A stretch of 55,005 nt of DNA, the filler included, from Sphacelaria rigidula (Eukaryota): the NCBI GenBank assembly GCA_964200075.2. It is 6 parts of 6 records of this genome, joined end to end, with 100 filler letters (N's around TTAATTAATTAA, not from the genome) between each part and the next. Parts side by side here need not be neighbours in the genome. Positions count along the whole stretch, not along the records: positions 18,372 to 27,455 come from CAXNAA020009343.1; positions 27,556 to 36,639 come from CAXNAA020009344.1; 4 more parts are not named here. The stretch is one strand, 5' to 3'. The notes under the pieces are model-generated. The model was not told where the DNA came from, did no database searches, and worked only from the letters and a program-made list of their open reading frames with translations. Made by a program: the position numbers and the translations under genes. Positions within the stretch are counted from its first letter, which is position 1. Every line of letters starts with the position of its first letter. This document shows positions 22,830 through 34,503 of this stretch, piece by piece.

Positions 22830-25570
22830 AGTACTCAAATATTGAGTAGAGTATTTGAAGCCATACTCAACCTACTTTGAGTAGAGTATTCGAGGTCGTA
22901 CTCGATCTACTCAAAACGAGTAGAGTGTTTGAGGCCATACTCAACCTACTCAACATTTGGGTAGAGTATTTGAGGCCGTACTCGACCTACTCAACATTTG
23001 AGTACAGTATTGACGTCGTCCCAAGTGATACTCTATACTCAAGTGTTGCTTCCTCAATATTTGAATAGAGTATTGGAGGTCGTACTCGATCAATTGAAAA
23101 TGAATAAAGTGTTTGAGGCCATACTCTACCTACTCAACATTTGAGTAGAGCATTTGAGGCCGTACTCGACCTACTCAACATTTGAGTAGAGTATTGACGT
23201 CATACCCAAGTGATACTCTATACTCAAGTGTTACTGAGAGTTCTTACTCAATATTTGAGTACTATAGAGTATTGGAGGTCGTACTCGATCTACTCAATAT
23301 TTAAGTAGAGTATTTGAGACCATACTCAACGTACTCAAAATTTGAGTGGAGAATTTGACACCGTACTCGACCTACTCGAAATTCGAGTAGAGTATTGAAG
23401 CCATACTCAACCTACTCAAAATTTGAGTAGAGTATTGGAGGCCGTACTCGACCTACTCGACATTCGAGTAGAGTATTGAGGCCATACTCAACCTACTCGA
23501 AATGTTAGTAGAGTATTGGAGGCCGTACTTGACCTACTCAAAATTCGAATAGAGTAGTTGAGGCCGTACTCGGCCTACTCAAAAATTTGAGTACCTGAGG
23601 CCGTACTTGGCCTACTCAAAATTTGAGTAGAGTGTCTGAGGCCGGATCCGATAGGCCGAAAACCTATAATTTCAACTTCAATATTCAAGTTCGTACGCAA
23701 GATACTCAAACTCGGGTAGAGGAAATACCAAGATATTTCTGAGAGTTATTCCTCAATATTTGAATAGAGTATGTGAGGCCGTACTCTACCTACTCAAAAT
23801 TTGAGTACAGTATTGAGGTCATACCCAAGTGATACTCTATACTCAAGTGTTACCGAGAGTGCTTCCTCAACATTTGAGTAAAGTGTTGGAGGTCGTACTC
23901 AGTCTACTCAAATTTTGAGTCGAGTATGTGAGGCCGTACTCGATCTACTCAAAATTTGAGTGGAGAGTATTGACGTCATACCCAAGTGATACTCTATACT
24001 CGAGTATTACTGAGAGTGCCTCCTCAATGTTTGAGTAGAGTATTGAAGACCGTCCTCGACCTACTCGAAATCCGAGTAGAGTTTTGGAGGTCGTACTCGA
24101 CCTATTGAAAATTGGAGTGGAGTATTGAGGTCATACCCAAATCATACTCTATACTCGAGTATTATTAAGAGTGCTTCCTCAATGTTTGAGTAGAGTATTG
24201 GAGGTCGTACTCGACCTACTGAATATTTGAGTGGAGAGTATTGACGTCATACCCAAGTGATACTCTATACTCGAGTATTACTGAGAGTCCCTCCTCAATG
24301 TTTGAGTAAAGTATTGGAGGCCGTACTCGACCCACTCAAAATGTGAGTAGAGTATTGACGTCATACCCAAGATATACTCTATACTCAAGTATTACGCAGA
24401 TTGCTTAGTCAACATTTGAGTAGAGTATTGGAGGTCGTGCTCGATCCACTCAAATTTTGAGTCGAGTATTTGAGGCCGTACTCGACCTACTCAAAATTCG
24501 AGTGGAGTATGTGAGGCCGTACTCGACCTACTCAAAATTCGAGTAGAGTATTTGGGGCCATACTCAATCTACCCAAAGATTGAGCAGAGTATTTGAGGTT
24601 TCGCGATAAAAAAAATAGAAGCAAGCACCGCAGAAGAATGGTGGAGTACTACAAAACAAAAAGAGAAGAAAACTCCTGTGTTGACCTAACTCCTGTGTGA
24701 CCTCGGCTGGTGCACCCAAAAGGTATCGACCGGCGTCCAGAATAGATGCGACAACACACAGATACACACACACAATCAAGCCCAAAGTTGGGTAAGGTAT
24801 CTGAGGCCGGACCCGATGTACCACCGCTGACTCTCCCATGGAGGAGTCACATATGCAGACAGTAGAGTCGCTCATTTTGATACCACCTACCCGACTACCG
24901 GTCTACTTGAATACTCAACGACGATGAGTATAGCGCTTGCACTGAAAGTGATATCGAAGGGGTTGAAAGGCATCAAGTATGTACGGCCATGGGTGGGGGC
25001 AGGTGAACTGGGGCAGGTGGGTTCATTCACCTGCATGCTTTTGTTTTGTTCAAGGCCATCGTTCGCTCATACTCCTTGTAGCCTATCATGTAACGCCACC
25101 CATCTATTCGACGGCCATCGTTCGCCCATGTATATTCAATTTAGTCTGTGAAGTGACGTCATGAAGTCGCCGACGGTCAGGGATACTCACCATATCCAAG
25201 TAACAGTCTATGCTCAAGTATTACTCAGAGTGCTTAGTCAATATTTGGGTAGCTTGTTCGAGGTCGCACTCGATCTACTCAAAATTTGAGTAGAGTGTTT
25301 GAGGCCGTACTCAACCTACCGAAAATTTGAGTAGAGTATTTGAGGTCGTACTCGACCTACTAAAAATCTGAGTGGAGTATTTGAGGCCGTACTTAATCTA
25401 CTACAAATTTGAGTACAGTATTGGAGGCCATACTCAACCTGCTAAAAATTTGAGTGGACTATTTGAGACCGTACTCGACCTACTCAGAAATTGAGTAGAG
25501 CATTAAGGCCGTACTCGACGTACTCAAACGTTGAGTAGAGCAAATACTCGAGTATTTTACTCGAGTACTC
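22830..25570. repeat. ~41-bp tandem satellite (TACTCAAAATTTGAGTAGAGTATTTGAGGCCGTACTCGACC) with a longer interspersed unit
   Basis: Dozens of diverged copies at 22830-24600 and 25200-25570; each holds the hairpin TACTCAA-AAT-TTGAGTA. Confidence 0.92.
24600..24777 (-). mobile_element. Nested SINE/LINE-tail-like fragment inside the satellite transposon
   Basis: Non-satellite insert ending in (CA)-rich sequence that interrupts the array; family recognised only from memory. Confidence 0.4.
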
Positions 25571-25640
25571 AAAAGCGCATACCCTACTGGACCTGCCCTT
25601 GAAAATGTGTTAACCATGTACATTTGTAGCCCAACTCCGG

Positions 25641-25752
25641 TTAACCTTTGGGACCACGATGCAGGTAGTCCATCTGGAAGACACATACATTTTCCAAGTG
25701 AAATTGGTGCCGATCCAGCAGGTGACTTACACCCTCGCGGTCAAAGGGTTAG
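25641..25752. mobile_element. ~100-bp piggyBac-like MITE copy
   Basis: TTAA-CCTTTGGGACCACGA...TCGCGGTCAAAGGG-TTAG. Confidence 0.6.
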
Positions 25753-26177
25753 CTAGCCTCAAAATGTATGTACGATCCAGATGTACCACCCACATCGCGG
25801 TCTAAGGGTTGAGAGTATACCGATACTACATATGATCGACGTTGGGGTGAGTGACACTTGGCGTGTATTCTAGAGGTACACGCTCAAGTCGTAGCGGACG
25901 GAGGCTGTGGAAGCAGAACGGCAAACATGGCGGTGCCAATCTAATCAACACAACAGACGAAGAGAAGAGTACAATTCAGTCACCGTGATGTAGTCTGTTC
26001 TAGTATCCAACGTGCTCTTTGTTGCCTTGGGCTACCACATATGTATGTACACAACAAGCGGCAGCGCTTTTCTCAAAATGATTCCTCATCCCCCATGTCA
26101 CCAACGCAGCGGAGCCTGGGGTGTATAGACGGTCTGTCGTGACTTCAGCTGCGATACTGGGTCGGGGGAGCAGAGGT

Positions 26178-26284
26178 TCAACCCACGGACAGCGAGAGTA
26201 GGTCGTCTATTGAATTGGCATCGATTTCACTTGAAAAAAAATACACATCATCACGATGAAATTCCCTCGCGGTCCAAGGCTTGA
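26178..26284. mobile_element. ~100-bp piggyBac-like MITE copy (opposite orientation)
   Basis: TCAA-CCC...CCCTCGCGGTCCAAGGC-TTGA; internal segment is the reverse complement of the other copies. Confidence 0.55.
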
Positions 26285-26291
26285 ATAAAGG

Positions 26292-26715
26292 GCAATGGCC
26301 TAGAAAATGTGTACCTCCTTGTTTTTTGCCCAAGAAAGGTACGAAAAATGGCCAGAAACGCGAAAACAGCAAAACACACCATTTTCCCCGTTTACGCCCC
26401 AAATGTTTCACGCACATTATTCGGGGGGGGGCATTGGCACCAGGGCCTCGAAAACCAAACGGAAAAAAACACATGTTTGGCCGGATGTTATGACAAACAG
26501 AGTTTTGGCCCACGGATGGTTCACGTCTGGGACGTTTGACCCACCTTTTGACCCTCAAACAGGGAAAACCGCCAACACACGTCTCGTACACTTTGCATCA
26601 CCCCACAGAGAGGTGCCTGGCCCACTTTTCAGATTCCCTTGGCTCTGAGGTTTCGAGATTGGCCGCTGAACAAAACTTTGTGCGCAAAAATCTGTGCTTG
26701 CCGACCCCGGCCAGT
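26292..26715. repeat. Dispersed repeat (TE subterminal region) shared with other contigs
   Basis: 26292-26480 matches 45627-45820 directly; 26500-26715 matches 50690-50895 inverted. Confidence 0.8.
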
Positions 26716-27455
26716 TTGGCCAGCCTGATACCAGGTTTCCATTTGGAGCATCAATACCTACGGAATTGCCAAGTTTGAGGGCGATCTGAACTTTTCTACA
26801 ACAGATGTAGGGAACACCGTCACGAGGCTGCCTGGGCCTTTCGTGCGTATCATTATCAAGGGTGGAAATTAGACGACGACAACACCCGACATCACCGAAA
26901 CATCACGTCTCCGGGCATAATTCGACCCCCGTAATAACCGTTTTAAAATATATATTTTTCGCTGTATTTCCGAGCCGTTGACGGTTACTACGGTTTGAAG
27001 CATGTGAAAGTTGGGCTTAGGATTCGTAATTTTGATATCGAAACAATTTTACGGGAGCTGATTATTCGATTTGCCTTTTCGCCCTCGGCGCTACCACTAT
27101 GGCCTTAAACACAAATCCGGCTATGTCACGCTCTCCAGCTGTCCATGGCGGTCAGTATGATATTATTTATGCGACTATTGGGTAGGTATTTTGGAAGGCA
27201 TTTGCTGATGACACAATTTTGAGGAACAAGCGTGAACCAGCCTGTAGCGGGCGCCGAGGTGCTCTGCCTGTGTGCCCAACGCTGTGTGCTGTGCCGGGTT
27301 CGTACCCGGAGACTGTGTTGACGATACTGCTGTCGCGTATTCAATGGTACGGGGACAGCACAAACAGCTATAGTCATGCTACGATAGGACGGGGGGGGGG
27401 GGGGACTTATTTGTTGCTTGCCTTAGTCGTTTGACCGTGGACCACGCATCCCTTT

Positions 27456-27555
27456 NNNNNNNNNNNNNNNNNNNNNNNNNNNNNNNNNNNNNNNNNNNNT
27501 TAATTAATTAANNNNNNNNNNNNNNNNNNNNNNNNNNNNNNNNNNNNNNNNNNNN
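27456..27555. other. Artificial contig linker
   Basis: N44-TTAATTAATTAA-N44. Confidence 0.98.
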
Positions 27556-27829
27556 AAAAAAAAAGGTCCCCCCCCCCCCCCCCCCTTTGAAGTCCTTCCC
27601 TTTCCCCCACCCGTCAGTGCCTGAAACAACGTAGAGTTCTCGACAATCCACCATGGTGGCAGATACAGGCAATGCAGTCGAACACGACACAAATTCAGGG
27701 GTCAAACCATGCACTTTTGGGGGGGGGGCTATCGTAGAAAGCGTCTGTTGTACTAAATATACCGAGATAAAAAAGCACAGAAATGACAAGAAACATGCAT
27801 TGGGCGAGAGTCTAGTTCGTATGCCATAT

Positions 27830-28290
27830 CCTAGCTGAGCCACCATGAGACGACCGGGTTGTGATGGTGAAGTCTTGCTGCAGGTATACGGCACAAGAGT
27901 TTGACAGCAAAAGGAGAGCGCGCGTTTACCTACACCGTGCAGCAATACTGTTGGCTTTCTTGCTTATTTAGAGTATCGGTCAGCAGGGCGACTAGAATGC
28001 TACGCTCCTGGACAAACGGTCCAAGGTACCTGGTGGCTTTAGAAACGACCGTAGTTTTTCGATTGTATGGACGTGACGTCTGAGCAATTGCGTTGCATTT
28101 GGAGGGGGCTGGTTGTAGGCCGGTATTATCGATCAACAGGCTAAGGAACCTGTGAGACCCTGCAGTAAAGATATATTTGGCGAACTTGGCGAAGTTTACT
28201 GAACATGAAATCGTGTAGTCGACAAACTTTGCCGGGGAAAGTTGGGTGAGCAACACCTCGGTCAAGAAGCTTGTGCATTCCTTTTCTGAT
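27830..28290 (-). mobile_element. Highly degraded Ty3/Gypsy reverse-transcriptase (thumb/connection) relic
   Basis: SVNFAK..F....FLSLLIDNTGLQPAPSK..AIAQTSRP.N......TRYLGPFV.....LVALLTDTL matches the Gypsy RT C-terminal pattern. Confidence 0.65.
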
Positions 28291-29849
28291 CATGCGGCGT
28301 TCTCATGGTGGGAAACCGCGTTGTTTTGTGGCAAAGGGTGTGCACGCGAGACAACAACCAGCAAAAAATATGGAACTCGTGCTTCGCCCCCCCCAAGGGG
28401 GTCCAGCGACCATATCAGCGAAATAAGTGTCTTAAACCTATATGTAGGGCCTGTAAGAACCGTCAAAAACAAGATATATAGTCGCGCAGTCAACTTGCAT
28501 GGTAGGTTGGGCATGAAGGGCAAAGAGGCAAAACAGGCAAACAACGTACGTCTGCGTGCTAAATAGGTAATGACAAGGCAACCCACGGGAAGATGAGAGG
28601 CAGCATGATATCGAAAACCAAGTTTGAAGCAACTGAACAATGTATTATCTAACTACGGTACCGCGAAGGAACAAGGTCGTATCCAACTACTACAGGGTGC
28701 GTCAAGAAGTCAACCTGGTGAATAGCAAACCATACAATCGATTACCAGTGTGGGATAAAATGGGGATCCTATTTAGTGGCACCAAGCTAATGACCCTGCT
28801 ACCAGAACGTAATGAAAAGGTACCCGGGGTTAGCTAAACCAATTCAAATTGCAGGTACTCCACGCGGGAACATACCGTCATTGGCAAACCGTTCAGTGTT
28901 TCTTGCGTGTCCTCCCCAACGCAATGACGTTTAGCGCCGGTTCCCTCAGCGGGATGCGACACACCCAGGACAAGAGTGTGGGTGAAACAAGTGCGGAAGT
29001 GATAGAGGGCGTGGTTAGTATACGTTGGAAGTCTTGGGGTACATGAAAATATGGCTCGGTCTTATACCACGTGACGCAGATCGAAATGTCGTGTGCCGGG
29101 CGGTAAAATCGGCGTTTCGGCCTTGCGAACCAGATAGATGAAACGACTACCAGCGGAATCCTGCTCAAGCATGATGAGTACAGGCGGCGCAACAGACAAG
29201 GCCCTGCAGATAGCCTACATCCGCACGGGCAAAGAAAAACATCGCGAGCGCCAAACACAATACAAAATTACCAGAGCATGAAATGAAAAATAGCGCAGCG
29301 CAAAATTATCAAGCACTCAAAATACAATCGAGGGGCTCAAAAGACAGTTATGGTAGACGCGACACCCGGAGATGCAGACAATATATGAGTATGTAAAATG
29401 AAAGAAAAGCAAACAAGATCGAAATAAAATGGAAGCTTTGCTGCATGCGCATTCCACAAATCCTCATGACCACAATAAAAATGCAACCCCGGAAACAAAG
29501 TGCATACTGATCATGGTGGGTTGTTCTGCAATAGAACTACCGGAATAATAAAGAGAATGTCTAGAACACGATCATTGCTGGTAAGATACAGCGATGATGT
29601 TATGGCTGAACAGGTGTAGATCAGGCGAAGGGGATACAATGCACGCGACAAATGACGAAACAAAAAAACTGTGCGATCAGATCGAAGCAAGGTTCATAAA
29701 GAACATGGGGGCGGAAAATGCACGTGCACATGACAATATGCAATGTGATAGCGAGCGAGAAAAGTACAGCCGACAGTAGGCGGTAGAGGCAAAAACACGA
29801 CAAGCGGGACAATAACAGCCAACCAGGGCAGCAGAAAGCACGGTGGAAA

Positions 29850-29896
29850 CAGCAGCAGCAGCAACAACATACAACAGCAACAGCAACAACAACAGC

Positions 29897-29978
<82 letters not shown>

Positions 29979-29988
29979 GCAACAACAG
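29850..29988. repeat. (CAA)n/(CAG)n microsatellite
   Basis: Pure CAA run at ~29896-29976 with CAG-interrupted flanks. Confidence 0.97.
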
Positions 29989-30133
29989 TAGTGATAGGCA
30001 ACAGCGACAACAGATGACAGACAACAGCAGCAGCAGCAACAACATACAAAAACAACACAGCTGCACAGCTTCCGCAGCTGTCTGGAGCCGATGTCCCGAA
30101 ACGCCCCGACGTAATTGTTGTCGAGAAGGATCG

Positions 30134-30350
30134 GTCCTCAAAGGTTGGTCATCAAAGGATTGTCGTCAATCAAAGCAACCGCAGTAATGAACAGTACGGG
30201 CAGCAGCGGGTTCAAAACGAATTTCTAAATTACCGGCCAACCCAGTCCTCAAAAGTTGGTCATCAAAGGATCGTCGTCAATCAAAGCGACCGCAGCAATG
30301 AACAGTACGGGCAGCAGCGGGTTCAAAACGAATTTTTAAACTACCGACCA
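30134..30350. repeat. 111-bp-period tandem duplication
   Basis: GTCCTCAAA(G/A)GTTGGTCATCAAAGGAT... at 30134 and 30245, highly similar. Confidence 0.9.
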
Positions 30351-32149
30351 CCCCGTACACACAGTTAGTAACATGTGTGATCCCGACCAAAAGGGATGAT
30401 GGTGACGCGATGCAGGAAAAGCCACTTGAGTGTGCGGGTAGGCCACAACGGCGAACAACGTCTCATCACCACGAAGAGGTGCATTTCAGGGGAACAGATG
30501 CGGGGGGACCTCGGTGCAACAATTGAGGCACATTGGTGATCGTTTATCGTAAAGCTCATGCGGTCAAAGTGGGGCACAGTACAAGCAGCAGAGTCGGAAA
30601 CTACACGAGTGGGCAACTAGGCGTGACTCTACATGCAGGTGTAAGAGGCATTACGCGCACATGAGGGCTAAACAGGCAGTGCGATAGCCAGCAGGGTACG
30701 ACTACCCATGGGCGGTAAAGGCAAAAATCGCAACGCCTCAGGCGGGACAGTAACCGCAGAGCAGCAAAACAAAATCGGGACAGTAGTCGGCGAGCAGCAG
30801 AACAAAATTGCATTGTTCTTTACGCGGAACAGTAACCACACAGCAGGGTAACTGACAGCACAGCGGAAACAGCCGCAGCCACTGCAACATGAAACTTTAT
30901 AGTAACCACAAAAGCGAGAGTAACACAGCAAAGCAGCAGCGACCGCAGCGGCCGTGACAACAGCAGACGATAATAGGCAGAAGCAAAGCCACCACTACCA
31001 CCACCAACAACAACAGCCGATAACAAGAGCGACAGACGGTAGCAGCAGCACAATAACAAAGGCAAAGGAAAACAACGAATCGCAGCAAACAAACAACGAA
31101 CTGCCACAACAACGGATAACAACAACGCGGCTGCACAGCTTTCGGAGCTGTCTGGAACTTGATGTCCCAAAACACCCCGGCGTAGTTGTAGGCCCTCTGG
31201 TTCGTTGACTCGTGCAATCTCGTTCGACCTTTACGCCTTTCATCAATTGTTTTGGCTAGGTTATTTCACTTTTGCTGTGGGCGTCTGCAGTGGCGCGCTG
31301 ATGAACCATCCTTGATGAACTCGTGCATAAAGCCGTTGGTGGCGCTCTGCTTGGGTTGTATGTAACGCAGTGCAATGCGGCGGGCAACAACGCAATACCA
31401 CGAACAGACAGGACGACAAAGCCTACCTAGTTCATGCTTACTCTTTACTTGTTCCGCGTAATTGTAGTACAAGCATATCCTGGTGCAGTTGTTTTTGCTA
31501 CTGAAAACAATGAGGGCACGCAACTGTGAAGCGGCGCGGTTGTGTTGTTTCGTACTCGTGGAAAGAAGGGCGTCTGTTGCTGTGTGGATTTTGTCTCAAT
31601 TGTGCAAGGCACGCTATTTACCATATATGAGTCTAGTGACGCGACAAAATGAAATCTCAAGCCTTCCCACAATTGCTTTTTACGGAGGCACATCTTTGGG
31701 TCATGCCGGAGTTGACTCTATACAAGCACGGATGGACACTATGTCATGGTTCGATACTCTAGCTGGGAATGGTGCCAGTTCAGTGGGCACCAGGCTAGCG
31801 GGCTCAAACACAATCATTAGTATCGAAGCCATTGAGCTCGATTTGCCAGGTGGGGAGTCAACCCACACACCAATGACCAGGCGCATGCCCATGGTTCGCG
31901 CCGGAGACAAGACCTATATGTTGCGTGCAATGCGGGCTTACATTGCTTGAAGACTAAAGACTCCTCTGAGATAGCAGCCCGTGATAGTGTTGATGCTTCT
32001 TGTATTATTGGCAACCGGCTGGTAGCTGCTAATCGCGCGTTGAGATAAGTTCCCAAAAAGACTGTGCCCGAGTAGGGGGCACTGTCGAAATCAATCAGAC
32101 TCAGAATGGCCCATGGCCTGTCGGGCTAGACAACGCAAGATCATGACAC

Positions 32150-33500
32150 ATGGAATCTACTCGACTGGACCATAACCGATAAATCCGGAACAGGTCATCA
32201 AAGTCAGCTGCAGCGGAACAGTACGCTCTGTGACGTGAGGATGCTGACCCGACGCGGTGACGGCCTGTAGCGCCCCGAGCGCAAACGGAATGCGCGGCGG
32301 CACACCCGGGAGAAGACTCTCCAACATCTGTACAATTTATACCGACAGACTCACATGACCCGTCAAGTGGGCTCCAGAATCCCACTCAGCCTGAACCGCA
32401 ATAGCTCCACGCTCCCGGTGATTCGGAATGCACACCTTCGCAGGAACGTACCTGTCCACAAACTCCAGAGGCAACTTATTGGCCGACCGGTGCGCCGCTA
32501 ATCTCACTTGACGCCACGGCTGCGCAAGCTGCGCAGGCGAAGACGCCCCGTCAGGTTCAAACAGCACCGCCGGCGGGTATGACCCCCAGCCAGCAGACCA
32601 AGAGTTTGGCGAACCTCCGGCCAGCGCGTCAGCAGGCGTCGCGCCTGGCGCTGCTGCCGGTGTCGCCGCCGGCGCAGTGTTCGACACTGCATAAGTCGGT
32701 CCCACCTGCACCGCCCGTTGCGGAGCAGCAGCGCTTACGGCGGCGCAGGACCCATAACTAGGCCCGTGCTGACGCCGCTGCCCCCGCCGCTGCTGCTGAG
32801 GACTCGACTGGGACCCTCCAACGCCGGAGGATCCGCCGCCGCCACCGCGATTACCTCGTGTTTTGCCCTTGTGCCGGCGATGCTGATGGCGCGCCGCATG
32901 AGACTGTCCAGGCTCTCCACCGGAAGACGTTGGGCAATCGCGCGCGTAATGGCCGACCTGGCCACAACAGTGGCAAGTGCCCGCCGCACCCCCAGCATGC
33001 TTCTTGATCGCCGCAACCAACTGCGGCGGGGTGATTGTGTTCTGTTTATGCTCCAAACGAACAAACACTCTCTGCACATAAGTTGGCACTTGTTGAGCCA
33101 TTGGAACCACCTGATGCCGCACAACACCCCCTGCGTTAGCGTGCCTCATACGCTTCTTTTACTCAAAGTACTCCGTAATAAAAGTGCGAGATGCGCTTTT
33201 TGAGTACCTATCCCCGTATTGGAGAGGTCGCAATTCTTCCCGCATGACCACAGGTGTCACGGTGGACGTACCTCGTGAGCCGGTCGCCATAGCTGTAGCT
33301 GTAACCGGCTACCTGCAAACATCTGCAGGCCAACGCACCTTCGCGAGTTGCACTTTCCTTGCATCGTCGCGGCACCACGCAGTCGTAGGAGCCTCCAAAC
33401 TCCCGCTGCACGCAGCTTCAACACGTCTCCACTCCGGATCAACCACAGGCCAGCCGCCTTTCTGCAGCTGCCTCAGCTAGAACCTTCTCCGCATATCCAT
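32150..33500 (-). mobile_element. Decayed LTR-retrotransposon gag-protease (probably Ty3/Gypsy)
   Basis: Zinc knuckle CHCCGQVGHYARDC (32934-32975) followed by the aspartyl-protease motif WDSGA (DSG at 32373-32381); several stops. Confidence 0.85.
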
Positions 33501-33580
33501 GGTGTATCAGGTTTTCGCAGCTACTAGACTCCTGCCGAAGTCCTTTCCACCAGATTTCTAGCACCAACACCAGCACTAAG

Positions 33581-33991
33581 CAGAGGATTCTATAAAATGA
33601 GGTTCGTCAATGACATGAGGTTCGAGCCCAAAACAGTACTTTCTCCACACTTTCAGCGATAGTGCCCAATGACTTTTTTGTCGGCCTAATGCCCCTCGAT
33701 TGTGTAGATACGTTTTCAGCGCTTTTTACCGACTCTGTGAGCTTACAGCGCTGACCGAACCTGCTGTTTTCCCTGCTATCACCCCCCCTAAATAATAAGT
33801 AGAAATGGCGGTTTTGGACAGCGCTGTAAGCTCACACAGCCGATAAAATGCGCTGAAGAATCATCTACGTGATCGAGGGGCATCAGGCCGACAAGAAAGT
33901 CATTGGTCACCATCGCTGACACCGTGAAGAAAGTACTGTTTTGAGCTCGAACCTCATTTCATTGATGAACCTCATGTTATAGAATCCTCTG
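33581..33991. mobile_element. 411-bp fold-back MITE
   Basis: 15-bp perfect termini CAGAGGATTCTATAA / TTATAGAATCCTCTG; arms complementary over ~180 bp. A diverged partial copy lies at 1-51. Confidence 0.9.
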
Positions 33992-34013
33992 TTACTAGCA
34001 TTAATATCGATAT

Positions 34014-34260
34014 TGTGACGCCAGCCAGTGGAAGCACTGTTGAATCACGTTGTTGAGGGACTCCCCGGTCGTACTGGCCTCAGTTTTAGTTGTCCGCCCT
34101 TACAACATTCTCAATATTCAGGAGTGACCTTCCGACGCACCCACCTGGACACGCCAGGTCATCAACCTAGTTTCCCCGGTCATTATCCAAATCATCACTA
34201 TCGACGGTCACTATCTATATCATCGCTACGAACTTAACGTCACGACGTATTCTCGTCACA
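34014..34260. mobile_element. Candidate LTR (247 bp)
   Basis: TGTGACG...CGTCACA, a 7-bp terminal inverted repeat. Lies just upstream of the minus-strand gag relic; flanks GATAT/GGTCT. Confidence 0.55.
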
Positions 34261-34435
34261 GGTCTCTACGCGAGGACTGCAATCCCTATCCCTCTGATGC
34301 CCCAAGCGGTTCGCCGGCTAACAGGCGGGAACATGTGTCTTCTTCCTGACAACTGGTGATGTGTACCATGCTTCCAGGTGTGTATCTCAGACTTTTTCTC
34401 AGATTGTTTTTCTTCTGCAGAAAATGGCGGCAAGA

Positions 34436-34503
34436 TGGTCCTCGGAGGGAACGAACCCCGGTTGTTCTTTTGTTGGGTGCACAACTTATCCACTCAGCTA
34501 CCA
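34436..34503 (-). mobile_element. tRNA-derived SINE head / tRNA relic
   Basis: A-box TAGCTGAGTGG (34490-34500) and B-box-like GGTTCGTTCCC (34447-34457) at tRNA spacing; no intact cloverleaf. Confidence 0.45.

Larger units (their letters stand above)
22770..25601. mobile_element. Non-autonomous hAT/P-type DNA transposon (2832 bp) filled with a palindromic satellite
   Basis: Imperfect 23-bp TIRs (CAAGGGGAGGTAGAGAAGGGTAT versus revcomp CAAGGGCAGGTCCAGTAGGGTAT, 19/23). Perfect 8-bp TSD AAAATGTG at 22762-22769 and 25602-25609. Confidence 0.88.

Noticed and set aside
22830-25570. CRISPR-like look of regularly spaced palindromic repeats
   Set aside because: The intervening sequences are themselves repeats rather than unique spacers, the units are degenerate, there are no cas genes, and the array lies inside a TIR/TSD-bounded element in eukaryotic DNA.
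29621-30187. Poly-V, poly-L and poly-N ORFs
   Set aside because: Translation artefacts of the (CAA)n microsatellite.
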